Translations under genes and position numbers: made by a program | In this document: in pieces, positions 40,201 through 51,610 of the stretch | Position numbering within the stretch: the first letter of the stretch is position 1 | Layout of the letters: every line of letters starts with the position of its first letter | DNA from: Magallana gigas | Lineage: Eukaryota | NCBI RefSeq assembly: GCF_963853765.1 | Contig: NC_088857.1 | Span: forward strand, 49,414,001 to 49,478,000 | DNA: 64,000 nt | Direction: 5' to 3' | Notes under the pieces: generated by a model | What the model was told of the DNA's origin: nothing | The model's input: only the letters and a program-made list of their open reading frames with translations | Database searches by the model: none

Positions 40201-42276
40201 AGCAGGCCTACCGCTTGTTTGGAGCGGACGGTCAGTGACCCACTTCTTTGTGAATGGGCAATGTGTCTTCTGTGTGTAACTTGTTTGCCATATTTGCACC
40301 AGGAATGGGAACTTCAGCTTTTATTGTTACAGATAATAAATTTCCAGCTGTATGCCATCACAGTACAAAACATTTTGAATTATTTTAATCAAGAAATGAA
40401 ACCCTCGTTGTTTATTTTCAGGTAATGCTCTGGTGGACCTGATGATGCAGCCGTCTGAGGAGCCTCCTAAACCCGGACAGAGAGTTCTGTGTAGACACCC
40501 ATTCCAGGTCTGAGTTATTAATTGTTTAACTAATCTTTAATTAATACATCTAGGGACAGGGGCTAGGTATTCCTTACATCAGGACAGCTTTTAATAGAGC
40601 TTTTATACAGGAACCTTTCACATTTACTTACGTGATATATGCATGTAATATTTTGGCTGAATTGTACATGATGTACCATTTCTGATCTCAGTGAATTTCC
40701 AAAATGGAAATAACTTGTATTCAAAATTGTTCGTATGTGCTGAGAAAACTGAAGTTGTCAATGCTTATGGTATATTGCAGTCTTCATCTTGATTTTCAAT
40801 CCAGTGCCATCTTAATTGTCTTATGGGTATTCCATTTGAGACCCAGTCAGATTAAATGTTTTAACAGGTTCAAAGCCTCATTTGATAAAGTTAAGTTGAT
40901 ATAAAAAACGCCCAGTGAAATAAGTCTTGATATTTGTCTGTTTTACCTGCAGCAGAGTGTATCTGTGTTTAATGTTACTTTACAGGAATCTAGAAGGGCC
41001 TATGTGATACCTGCTAAAGTAGAGCTACTCCATAAATGTTACTGGGACATGGGCAAGGTAATTTTCAATGTAGAGAAATGCAGTAATTACTTTTACAAAG
41101 TGAAGAATTGAATATAGATGCGGAACAGCTGTGACTATTCTGACTTTTCTTTGGAAGTCAGAAATTCTACTACAAATATGAGAATTAAAAATATAGTGTT
41201 TTATTTTCAATAATGTTTCTAAGTAAAAAATACCTGTCTCTCTTATTGATACGAGGCCTATGAAATCCTGCTAACTGAAAATATGTTTTACAATGTTTAC
41301 CCCGGTACATGTATATCAAAATCATTTAGTTACCCATCTACAGCTACTTATAACTTTAGGTGGGATAGGGAAACATTTTGTGATTACATGAATGGTCTTA
41401 TTTATGCTGTTGCAGAAAACAGTGATCTTTTCAATAAAATGTAATGATTTTTTCTACCAAACCACCAGTATTGTAACTACATGCATATCAAAATTAAAGG
41501 TAATGAAATGTTCAAATTTTGATATAGAATGAACGCTACATTTTTGTTCATTGTGGCCAGTGTTGGCAAAGTGTTTAACAGACACCTTTAGTTAGCTCAC
41601 CTAATCTGATTATTGTAGTAGTGAGTGTTTCTTGTAAAATTATTGTCAGCCATTTATCATCATATTCATATTGTTACCTTTCTCACTTTAAATCTCCTGT
41701 TTAATACCGCAGTGTAAGATTCATGGAACAAAACTAGACCTAAGGAAACTTTTCCAGTAAATTTGGTCAAAAATGCTATTATATGAATGAGATATGAAGT
41801 AATTTCATATTTTTTGGTGATTAGGTGGTACAACCATTGCTTTCACTGTGTGACCTTAGAACCAAGGCCCTCAACTCTCTAAAAACCATTAGAATTGACC
41901 ACAAGAGGGTGCTTAACCCAACACCATACAAGGTATTAAATGTATTGAAACAGTTCAAATATTTTAGTCAGAAACTGTGTGTATATTTACAGAAGCATTT
42001 TCATTATCTTATAATTTAATCAGTAGAATTGCAATAGAGTAAGGAGAATGTCATACATTCTTTGTGCTGAAATGATATTTGTAGATGATTATATCTTGAT
42101 GACAGTTTAATATCAGATGTTATAATTGTACCAAAAAAATTATACTGTTTAAGAAGTGTCTTTATTCTTAACCAGACTTTTTGTTGTTGTAATTGTAGGT
42201 TTCAGTTAGCAGTCAATTATACACCTTTATGCATGAACTGTGGCTACAGAATGCCCCAATAGGAGAGCTGTCCTAG
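28265..42276 (+). CDS. NAPRT: Nicotinate phosphoribosyltransferase, 551 aa
   Basis: 15 in-phase GT-AG exons: 28265-28343, 30503-30673, 30803-31013, 31466-31596, 33522-33637, 34828-34912, 35292-35400, 35489-35629, 35806-35890, 39796-39876, 40128-40230, 40422-40507, 40986-41057, 41825-41932, 42199-42276. Motifs [82 protein letters not shown] and GGVYKLVE. Confidence 0.96.
30092..30319. mobile_element. Degenerate MITE-like element in NAPRT intron 1
   Basis: TAGGCC...TTGTTTGGAATATTGCCT versus GGCAGCAATTCCAAACAATC...GGCCT form imperfect TIRs. Confidence 0.4.
31236..31422. repeat. 39-bp minisatellite, 4 near-identical copies plus one partial
   Basis: Unit CTTTCCTTTGTCACTGGGACTGACACAGATTTATTGATG; ends about 43 nt before the NAPRT exon-4 acceptor. 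Confidence 0.92.
32532..32685. mobile_element. Partial MITE of the 25965-26176 family
   Basis: Starts TACTGTATACAGGGAAGTGTTCG...; the other TIR is missing. Confidence 0.5.
34011..34497. mobile_element. 487-bp non-autonomous element with perfect 65-bp TIRs
   Basis: CATACTTGCCAACCTCCAACATGTGAAAATCTGGTCATGACCAGATTTGGAAAGTAAAAAATCTG (34011-34075) is the exact reverse complement of 34433-34497. No TSD found. Confidence 0.85.
36480..38020. repeat. Degenerate AAC/ATC-rich minisatellite with nested insertions
   Basis: A recurring unit of about 57-60 bp like AACAGCAGCATCAACATAAACACAATAACAATAAACAACATCCATACCAATATCAAT, interrupted at about 36700-37265 and 37670-37745. Confidence 0.8.
37105..37265. repeat. 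About 160-bp near-perfect palindrome
   Basis: TAAGTAATAAACAACG...CCATGATGCGC(TAGC)GCGCATCATGG...CGTTGTTTATTTCTTA; arms of about 78 bp with few mismatches. Confidence 0.85.
38029..38280 (+). mobile_element. tRNA-derived SINE with V-domain-like core
   Basis: A-box-like TAGCGTAGTGG, B-box-like GAGTTTGATCCCC, central GTGGGTTCTCTCCGGGTACTCCGGCTTCTTCCCAC (V-SINE core as recalled), and an AATAAATAAA tail. Confidence 0.7.
38536..39671 (+). mobile_element. Non-autonomous Helentron (DINE-1/pearl-like) carrying about 6 Cg170-like 166-bp satellite units
   Basis: T-run flank; 5' subTIR ATACCCCCGCTC with a CTCCGAAGGAG hairpin; (GTCT/GTCC)n; units spaced 164-167 bp; 3' subTIR GAGCGGGGGTAT; 3' stem-loop GTGAGC-ATTG-GCTCAC; terminal CAGATATCTTG followed by a T-run. 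Confidence 0.85.
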
Positions 42277-45168
42277 ACTTTTACCTCCTGACCTTAAGGT
42301 CAATCCTACTAATTATCCAATCAGGATTAAGATAACAAGACCAGCAATACAGCCATTTAGTGACAAACCACTGAATTGTGGGGATAGTTTTTATTGTGTA
42401 TACCGTAGGACGTCTTTCCTCCCGACTTGATGGATAATCTGCTGACTCTACAGACCTTGTTTTGTGTGCAATATTTGTAGTAATATTTTGTTCAAAATAT
42501 ATTTGGATTACTTTAATTTCTTGTCAGGACTATGGATATTACCATCATGTTATATTTTATGACAACAGTCAGGTTTTATGATTTTATAGAATTTTATATT
42601 TTTAGTTCACTTGAAAACAATCAGTTTTACATACTGTATTATTTTCTGTTACCAATGACAGTTCACAGTGTGAGTTATATAGATGAAGTGCTGTTTAATT
42701 GAAAGATCTAGTGATCTTAATTTATTTGCAGTTTTAAATTATTACCTATGAGGTCATGCCCTTATGTATGTTTGTGTCTACAAGTAAAATGGTAGAATAT
42801 GCAAAAGCAAACTTGGACCTCTTTTAGAACTTTAAGGTACATGTACTTTATTTGGTCACTGTATTTAAAGAAACATTCCTTCTCTTTTAAAAAGGTGAAA
42901 GCCAAGTGTTACAAAGCTTTGTAATCAGAAACACTAAACAGATTTTTGATGTAGGTATTCCAGTGTTAATGTATGAGACTGCTTTGACCAAGATGTTTTT
43001 TGTCACCAATAGTCTCTGCATATCTACGTCCATATTTTATGAACACACCAAAATATGTATCAATTTTTATCTAACCTAGTTTCTGATGTGTAAATATTTG
43101 CACCCTTTGAGTTTCACAAATACATGCGAGTTGGTCTGGATTACAATCACTTTAGTACACAATATTTTCATATTTTTCTTTGTTATATAGATTTATTTTT
43201 AGAGAGCATTTAATAGTACATGTATTCAGCAAAAAGCATTTCATTTTCTTAACATGTGATATTTACTTCATCTTTGTAAGCGAAGGTTCATTCTGCTCCC
43301 ATAGCCTTGACAAATTCATTGAGGTAATACATGCATATGGATTCTGTGACTCCTAGGCTCCAACCAATGGTACGAAGACTAAATACAACACTTGTACTGT
43401 GCCCTAAGTTTGAAATGGGATACCTGTAGAACCATGCATCAATTGACCCAGAAATTTACAGCGAAATCTGATTGCGACTGATTCTTTTCTTTTGAATTTC
43501 TTGTATGAATAAGATATTCATGAAATGAAAACATTGAGTGATTGTCACCTTTATTTGAGCTGTAAGGGGTATTACTGTCAGAATTCATTATCATCTATTG
43601 CTTCACAGTGGTTTTCTCCCAGGGCCTTAGACTATGAAATATAAGTATACTAAGTTAAAAATTTAATTTGATTTTTTTTGTTCAAATGAATCTTTAATAA
43701 TGGTCAAACTTCAGCCCTTATTTTAATTTAACCATAACAAACCTGCAACAGTAATTGCACTTGAGTATTAAAACCATATCATAAGTTATATTTATTTTAA
43801 AATTTGACTTTAAGTCCATTTATTATTGATGGTGTTGGGGCCTTGATATTTAATGGGGATGGGAGTGAACTGAACTCTTTGCTTGGAATGATTTAGTGTT
43901 CACTTTAATTCCAGATCTTATGTGACATTGTATGTATGGCGAGTACTACATTGTGTAGGGGTTGATCAAACGCTTCTCTTTCATCACTCACAATGTTCCA
44001 GAAAGAGAAATATCTCAAGATTCACTTTGCTGTTACTGTGTATTGTTCCTCTTGATGAAAAAGTTAACCTTTTTCTAGGTGTTTGTCATTATCTGTTGAG
44101 AGTTTGGATTTTGTGTCTGCACATTGCAAGGTAGATGCTGATTGATTCTAAGGTTACAGACATTGACATGACTCAATGAACAAACTCCTTCCAGGGAGCT
44201 GAGGTATTGGGAAAGGGGAGTCCAGTTTGTGGACTTATGTGTGATGTTGTTCCCTGTGATCTTGGAAGGAATCAGTTTTTGGACACTTGCTTCCAACAAA
44301 TTGATGTATTTCTCTTGTATTTGCTGAAACCTTTAAAACTGGAGTTTGTTTTAATAGATTAGATGTTACAGATATTGGGAGTACTTTTAAGATGTGATAT
44401 TTTATTATTCTGTAATGGTACGTTTAGCTGATCCATTTTGTAACCCCCATTAAAACAAAAAAAGAATATGTTTTATACCAATATACATGTGTAGTAAAAT
44501 ACTAATTTTATTTGTCAAAAGGTTCATACTTTGTTTTCCAAGGGAAAAGGCTAAGTTATTTTTTTCAATAAAAATAAATTAAAATGAATAGGCCAGCCAG
44601 TGAATATAGATAACAACTGAATTAAAATATGCTTTATGTTGCTTTTAAATTAATCAATTCAAGATACCTTGCTGAAAAAGTTTTAACAATGTTGTTTTAT
44701 AATATTTGCAACTTTGTCTCTTGTGATATACCTGTATGTCATTATTTGTAGTGTAAGTGTCCTTGATCCATGTACACATTGTTGTCTGATATCTAAAACC
44801 TTTAGTCATCTAGAAACCAAACCCACCAATATAAAGTATTTGAATCTGCTAACCACAGTTGTTTTTACCTTAATATTTGTAAAATGTGTATAGATAACTT
44901 GATTTAATGTCTGTATGTTCAGTGAATTTATACTTATTTGTAGAAGGACGATGTGCTGGTTTTAATTAGACTGAATCTTATATTTTGTTTGTTGATGAAA
45001 AGTGTGCTGTTTAATGACTTGTTATTAGTGGTTTGATATTCAATGTTTGTTTAAAGCAATAAAAACAATTTTATTTGACAATTTTGATTGATTCTCAACG
45101 ATAAAAATTGCAATGATTTTATCTGACTTGAGCTTAAAGCTAAAGTGAGATAAAGTTTTACATAGGAA

Positions 45169-45376
45169 TACTGTAAACATATTATCTTTGGCGTGTACGA
45201 TATTTGGCGGAAATTTGTTTAGGAACAAGTTGGCGTAGATTTGAATAAGCGTATTCCTGAATGTAACTATTCTTATACATGTATGCATGGCATTTAGCGA
45301 TGTACTTGATTTAGCGACAAAAAACCACCAAAAATGCTAATTAGAATACACAACCAAATGTAATACATTTACAGTA
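45169..45376. mobile_element. TA-flanked MITE (TACTGTAAA...TTTACAGTA)
   Basis: Terminal inverted repeats seen; 208 bp; no ORF. Confidence 0.65.
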
Positions 45377-45581
45377 TATAAAAATCTTAAACTTCTCAAA
45401 AATCATTGGACCAGAAAGGCTGAAAATTCCGTGGAAGCATCTTCAGATATTGTAGATTCAAATTTGTTCAAATCATGATCTCTGGGAGTAGAGCAAGGCC
45501 ATAATATTGGGGAGGGAATCATGTATATGAATAGGGAAATATCTTAAGAATCTTTTTAAAAACAAAAAAAAGCAAAAGGTT

Positions 45582-46320
45582 TTTTAGTTCACAGAGACGA
45601 ATTGGGGGGGGGGGGGGAGCTTATGCTATACCGTCGGCATTTGGATCTGGTTAAGGTTTTTGTTACAGGTCCTGTTACTAAGTTATTACTTGTCCTATTA
45701 CTTGTCCTATTTTCACCAAACTTGCATGGACCTACCTATGAACTTTAGAGACATGGATGCTGAATCTGGACCATGAATTTTAGATACTGGAGGAGGTTAA
45801 GGCTTTTGGAGCAGGTTAAAGTTTTTTGGCGCAGGTGCCCTTTCATAGCCATTTCCAAGTTACTACTGGTCTTAACATCACCAAACTTGCATGGATAGTG
45901 CATCTTATGATACTGATGCACTTGACAGCTTGAAAGCTGAATCTGAGCCATATACGTTTTAGATGCTGGATGAGATGTTTTTGAACCTTGTTTAAGTTTT
46001 TAGAGCAGATGCCCTCTGATGATTATATCTTAGTTATAACTGGACCTTACTTCACCAAACTTGCATAGATGGTGCGTCTGATGCACTCCACAGGCAAGGG
46101 TGCCATAAAGGTTTCAGATGCTTGAGGAGGGTTAGTTCCGATGTTTAATAGATAATAGTACTTTTTCAAACTTGCATGGTTGATTTTCCTATAATATACA
46201 TTGTAAATGAATCACAGAGGTAGCTTCAGATACAGAGCCTGATCTCCACTATCAAGGATACTAAAAAAATCCTACGTTACTCAAACTTTCTTGATAGATG
46301 TGTTTGTTGTTAAATGATAT
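45582..46320 (+). mobile_element. Degenerate Helentron-like element with internal tandem units
   Basis: Starts TTTTAGTTCAC after a T-run. CACCAAACTTGCATGG recurs about every 165-170 bp (three times, plus a partial fourth). Confidence 0.5.
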
Positions 46321-46442
46321 AACATGTTTCTTATGATACAGTATTTTACAATATGGTATATTGTATTATATGATACAATATGGTATCATATAACGTTATA
46401 TTGTAAAAAAAAAATAATAATAACATGATACAATGTGATATT

Positions 46443-46824
46443 TTATTACCTAATCAAAGGGATTTTGTTGTTTTATTACAAATTAAATATTTGCGTCTAT
46501 TTTGAACTGCCGGTCAATAGACTGCGATCTATTAGACCGCCGGTTATTAGACTGCGATCTATTGGACCGCCGGGCAATAGACTGCGATCTATTGGACCGG
46601 CAACGTATATCAGAACGAGTGTATGTTATATTATTACCTAATCAAAGGGATTTTGTTGTTTTATTACAAATGAAATATTTTCGTCTATTTTTTATGTGTA
46701 TTCAGATTTGAAAGTGATCTATTGAATTGCCGGTCAATAGACTGCGATCTATAAGACCGCCGGTCAATTGACTGTGATCTATTGGACCGCCGGTCAATAG
46801 ACTGCGATCTATTGGACCGGCAAC
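46443..46824. repeat. Two approximately 188-bp tandem units, each with 3-4 copies of a 30-bp hairpin
   Basis: Head TTATTACCTAATCAAAGGGATTTTGTTG at 46443 and 46631. Subunit GACCGCCGGTCAATAGACTGCGATCTATTG with a CAATAGA/TCTATTG stem. Confidence 0.8.
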
Positions 46825-46969
46825 TTATTTTAGAAAAAGTGAAAGATTAAAAGATAACTTTATTATGTTTATTTTACTATTGTTCTTAAAATTTATCTTC
46901 ATGGTATGAAAACCTTCTGTAACTTATAATTGTAAACACAAACTACTAAACGCGGAATTAGGTAATAAA

Positions 46970-47729
46970 ACAATTATTTAATGCTCGAACAGTCAATAGT
47001 ATACAGTTGTTGACTTGGGTCGAGGGCAACAGCCGGTCCGATAGATCAACTGTTGCCCGAGACGCAGTCAACAACTGTTTTGTTATACCCCTTCTAATCA
47101 ATAACACGTTTTCGCGGAATGTGACGTCACCGGTCAACAGTCTTTTTTAACAGTCGATTTTAACAGTTCCAATCTAACAGTTCCAGTCCAACAGTCAAAA
47201 TGCTGGACTTTTTTCGTATAGAGTTATATAGTAACTGTTTTACATGGGTATAACAAATCCGATTTTTTTCTCTTGGTGCAGGGAACAGCTCAGTATGATC
47301 TATTGCCCGAGGCCGTTGGCCTCGGGCAATAGATCATACTAAGCTGTTCCCTGCACCAAGGGAAAAATATTCTGGTTTGTTATACCCCTGTACAACAGTT
47401 ACTATATAACTCTATACGAAAAAAAGTCCAGCATTTCGACTGTTGGACTGGAACTGTTAGATTGGAACTGTTAAAATCGACTGTTAAAAAAGACTGTTGA
47501 CCGGTGACGTCACATTCCGCGAAAACGTGTTATTGATTAGAAGGGGTATAACAAAACAGTTGTTGACTGTGTCTCGGGCAACAGTTGATCTGTCGGACCG
47601 GCTCGCAAACTGTTGCCCGCGGCCTTCGGCCTTGGGCAACAGTTTGCGAGCCGGTCCGACAGATCAACTGTTCCCTCGACCCCAGTCAACAACTGTATAC
47701 TATTGACTGCTCAAGCATTAAATAATTGT
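46970..47729. mobile_element. 760-bp foldback (palindromic) element with nested hairpins
   Basis: ACAATTATTTAATGC at 46970 pairs with GCATTAAATAATTGT ending at 47729. Centre GAGGCC-GTT-GGCCTC (loop 47315-47317). An extra hairpin in the right arm is centred on GGCCTTCGGCC (47621-47631). Confidence 0.85.
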
Positions 47730-48259
47730 ATAATATAAAACTTTTTGTATATTATGATATTGTATCATGATATTGCTATATCAATATACATATATTACAT
47801 GGCTACGAGGGCGACTTAGCAGAATATTTGCCCTGGGGTGACAGGGAAGCCCTGGGTGTTATGTCGCCCGATGCCGAAGGCAGAGGGCGACATTACACTC
47901 CAGGGCTTTTTTGCAAAATGTCGATCGATGCTTTCAAAAAGAAGATAATTTTTCAAATTAAACAATTACAGTTAGTTTCTCTGAATAGCAGACACTGTCA
48001 TGAAATTTTTATTTTCGAAGAACTGTTTACGATTGCTTAGCTAAATTTCGAACCCCACGTGATTAATATGCAGAATCATTGCACGCGAGGGTTATATAAC
48101 AGTTTCGGGAGGGCAATATAACCATTTCCTGTGAAATATAACTTTTCCCGGGAGGACAATATAACTATTTCCGGTGTGAATCAGCAATTTTCAGGGCATA
48201 GTAATAAAATTATCTCATTTGTGACATAACGAGAAAACTTGTTCGAAAATGTTATATAT

Positions 48260-48780
48260 AATATTGTATAATATTGTGTAATATATAATATCATATTGTA
48301 TACAATGCATTATGTATAATATATGATACAATATTATACAAAATATATGATACAATAGTAAAATTTATGTCATGGCATCATATCATACAATTTATTATCA
48401 TGTGTTACAATATTACGGGGTATTATGTTATGATATGATACTATATATTATTTTATTATGATATTGTATTATGTGATGAAATACATTTATATATAACACA
48501 ACAAAATATTATATCATATTTTATCATTATGATCCAATATCATATCTTGATATAATGTCATATGTAATAATATCATATTGTTTCATTATATATTACATTA
48601 ATATATTGTATCATATGTTATATCATATGATATGTCATATGACACAATATTGTATAGTATTATAGGATGCAATATCAAATTTCATATTACTATGTTGATT
48701 AAAATTGTATTTTACAATACCGTTTGAAATTCACGTTTGACTATCAAACAATATTTTAACATATGATATGCGATATATAT
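48260..48780. repeat. AT-rich degenerate (ATATGATACA)n-like tract
   Basis: Low-complexity sequence; similar pieces at 46330-46440 and 47730-47790 flank the palindromic elements. Confidence 0.7.
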
Positions 48781-48787
48781 ATAGAAT

Positions 48788-48916
48788 ATCACACTTTTGT
48801 TTTGATCTCGGCCCTGGTATCAGCCCGAGCGGTTGGTATCGGCCCAAGCCCGAAGGGCGCGGGCAGATACCATCCGAGGGCTGATACCAGGGCCGAGATC
48901 AAAACAAAAGTGTGAT
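48788..48916. repeat. Palindromic element head with 38-bp perfect outer arms
   Basis: ATCACACTTTTGTTTTGATCTCGGCCCTGGTATCAGCC and GGCTGATACCAGGGCCGAGATCAAAACAAAAGTGTGAT around a GCCCGAAGGGC core. Related TATCAGCCCCGAG and TCGGGGCTGATAC motifs at about 49690-49780. Confidence 0.8.
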
Positions 48917-51610
48917 GTTGTTTATATCATATATCTAAAATCAAAGACTTTAATTCAAATTTAAATTCCAAATTAGTAATATGATTTATCATGAAGAAGC
49001 TATAGATTTTTTAACTTGTTCGTTTTTATTTCTTTTTATATGTGTTAAAACTGTAAGAGTTGTCGGACTTTGTTGACAAACCATCGTCATTTGAAATACA
49101 GTAGAAGGGAGTCTGTCGTCTGAAATCTTCTAGAATTCAAAATTATCGAGAGAAAAACTTCCCTCCTACGCAGCTTCGTTATGAGTCAAATTCTTTCACT
49201 GGGATTTCGTAAGTTTCCCGTCAGATTCCATTCATAAAGATCCATACTGTTAGATTCTATAGCAACTAGAAAGTTGTTTGCGAACGTTCATAAGCGGGTC
49301 CATTTCTTTAACACCTTAATTTTTACAGTCTAATCTCTGGTTTTCTAAGATTAAGTCTCGTTCCATCCTTCTCTATATCCTCCATAATTTAAACGTTGAT
49401 TGATATTAAATAAAGCGTGCTATTGTTCTAAATACACAAGCGTTGTGTAGGTTACCTCCCCTTACTTGGATACACATCACTCTTTGGCGCTATTTTTGAA
49501 TTATTATTTTTCAATTTTCAGTAATAGATAAAAATATTTAGACGTGTAAGGTGATAATTTGTATTATATATTCGTAATTCTATCGTTATTTCACAAACTA
49601 GTCTTAATTTAAAGCGGAGATATATGGAAATTATCGATTTCAAATTTGAGGGCAATACACCCCCTTGACGACGGGCTGAGACAGAGAAATATCAGCCCCG
49701 AGGGCGAGACAGCCCTAGCTTCCGGTTGCTGTCTCACTTAGTCTAAAACACGTGTATCGGGGCTGATACACAACTAGGTATATGATATTGTGTAAAATCA
49801 CACTACAGTATCCATGAATATCAAAGATCATTAACTATGATTTTCATTTTTAAAATATGATAAAGGTGGTCTCATAAAGGTGATGTCTCGTCTCGGTGAT
49901 CTTTGTAATCTGTAAATACCTAATAGTATGTTTAATGTTTAACAAAAGATTATTAAGAGATCTATATAGATTCAAATTTTATTCAAATCATGATACCGGG
50001 TGTAGGGCGGAGCTATACAATATCTCTGGAGGGGGTTCAATTTTACATGGGAATAACTAGAGATATAGTTCTCGGTCAACTCCGCTTCCCATAAACTGAA
50101 TGGAATTTATGGGGAGCGGAGTGGACCGAAGATGACTAGAGATAAACCTTTAAAAATCTTTAAAAATAATATAACAGCAAAAGTCTTTCAATGTTTATCT
50201 TCAGATTATGTGGAGAAAATTAAAAAATCTTTTTAAATAAAGTCTTATTTACTAATTTATCAAGATATTTTGTATTTGATGCCGTAATGCTGATTTGATG
50301 CGAGTTATGGTTTTGTTGCTCAGGTGAACGATGTGGCCCATAGGCCTCTTGTTTAAAGGTGTTTTCAGGTCAACTGTGCAAAAAATTGAGATTTTCTGAT
50401 CAAACATTGTCTAGCTCAATCTGTGTTAGTCTCGAGTACCGGTAAACTTTTTACATCTTATTTTTTTCGCCAAGAACTACCCAGCTTGTTTTAACGCATC
50501 TTTGGATGAGGGGACATTTTTAATTTTTTTCAAGTTAGATTTTTTTGGTCCCAAACAAAACTTATGCATATCTCACAAATTGTAGGTTCATGTTTGTGTG
50601 GTCTGATTTAACTAAAAAAATATTTTATACCGTATAAAGAATGTTACTTACTTAGAAATTCTGAAAGAATTATTATAAGATTGATTAATTCCTAGCTCTC
50701 TGATTGGCTCATATTCAACTATCTAGAAAAAACAGAACGTTATATAATATTTCCAAAAAAGTTTTCTCGTTAAATTACAAATGAGATATTTTTATTCCTA
50801 GGCCCCGAAAATTGCTGAATCACAAACGTAAGAGTTCCATAAAAATCGAAAATCAGAATGTTACGACAGCGTCTGTTATTCAGAGGAACTTACTTTGTTT
50901 AATTTGAAAATTTTTCATTTTTATTTAAAGGATCAATCGACATTTTACAAAATCTTCTTTCATTGGTAAGATATGACGATGTGTTTAAAAAAAATTAATA
51001 CACTTTTACACTTTTAATAGGATAAATATGTTCTTACTCTGATTTTGATTTTTAAAAATTTAAAAACTTGCCTCCGGCTCGGTGATTATTGTACTTCTCG
51101 GGTAGCTAAATCATCGTATTGACCTCAAAAACAGCAATAATTATATAAAATATTTATCGTCAGTCGCCTGTGATACCTATTTATCGCGATTGTAAACACT
51201 TAAATGTGAAACAAATGATCGGGTAACCGTATACAAACTTTCTGAAGTAACTTTCATTCAACAAAGGCAGTGGTTTGAAGAGTATATTAAATTTATTGCT
51301 GATGTCATGATATTTATACAACATTTATTGATACTGATATTACATTTCCGTACAAATATACAAACACGTAGAATGCTATCAAAGTACATCAGCTGTGTAA
51401 AAAAATACATTTAACATATAAAACGTAAAAATGAAGTAAGCAATTAAAGTACATAAAAATCTGCTCAGGGTTGTCTAGTCATAATATACAAAGTGCGATG
51501 TGCATTTTGTATTTCCCGCCACTTAAATCGCACATCGTTGACGCGCAATAGAGAACTTCTGACAGAAATTTAGGTAAAAAAAAAGTCTAAAAACTACATG
51601 AATTCGACAA

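Noticed and set aside
43900-44340. Short ORFs on both strands downstream of NAPRT
   Set aside because: No motifs or consistent splice sites; more likely 3' UTR or intergenic sequence.
46443-46824. 30-bp hairpin repeats as a CRISPR array
   Set aside because: No spacers and no cas genes; eukaryotic repeat context.
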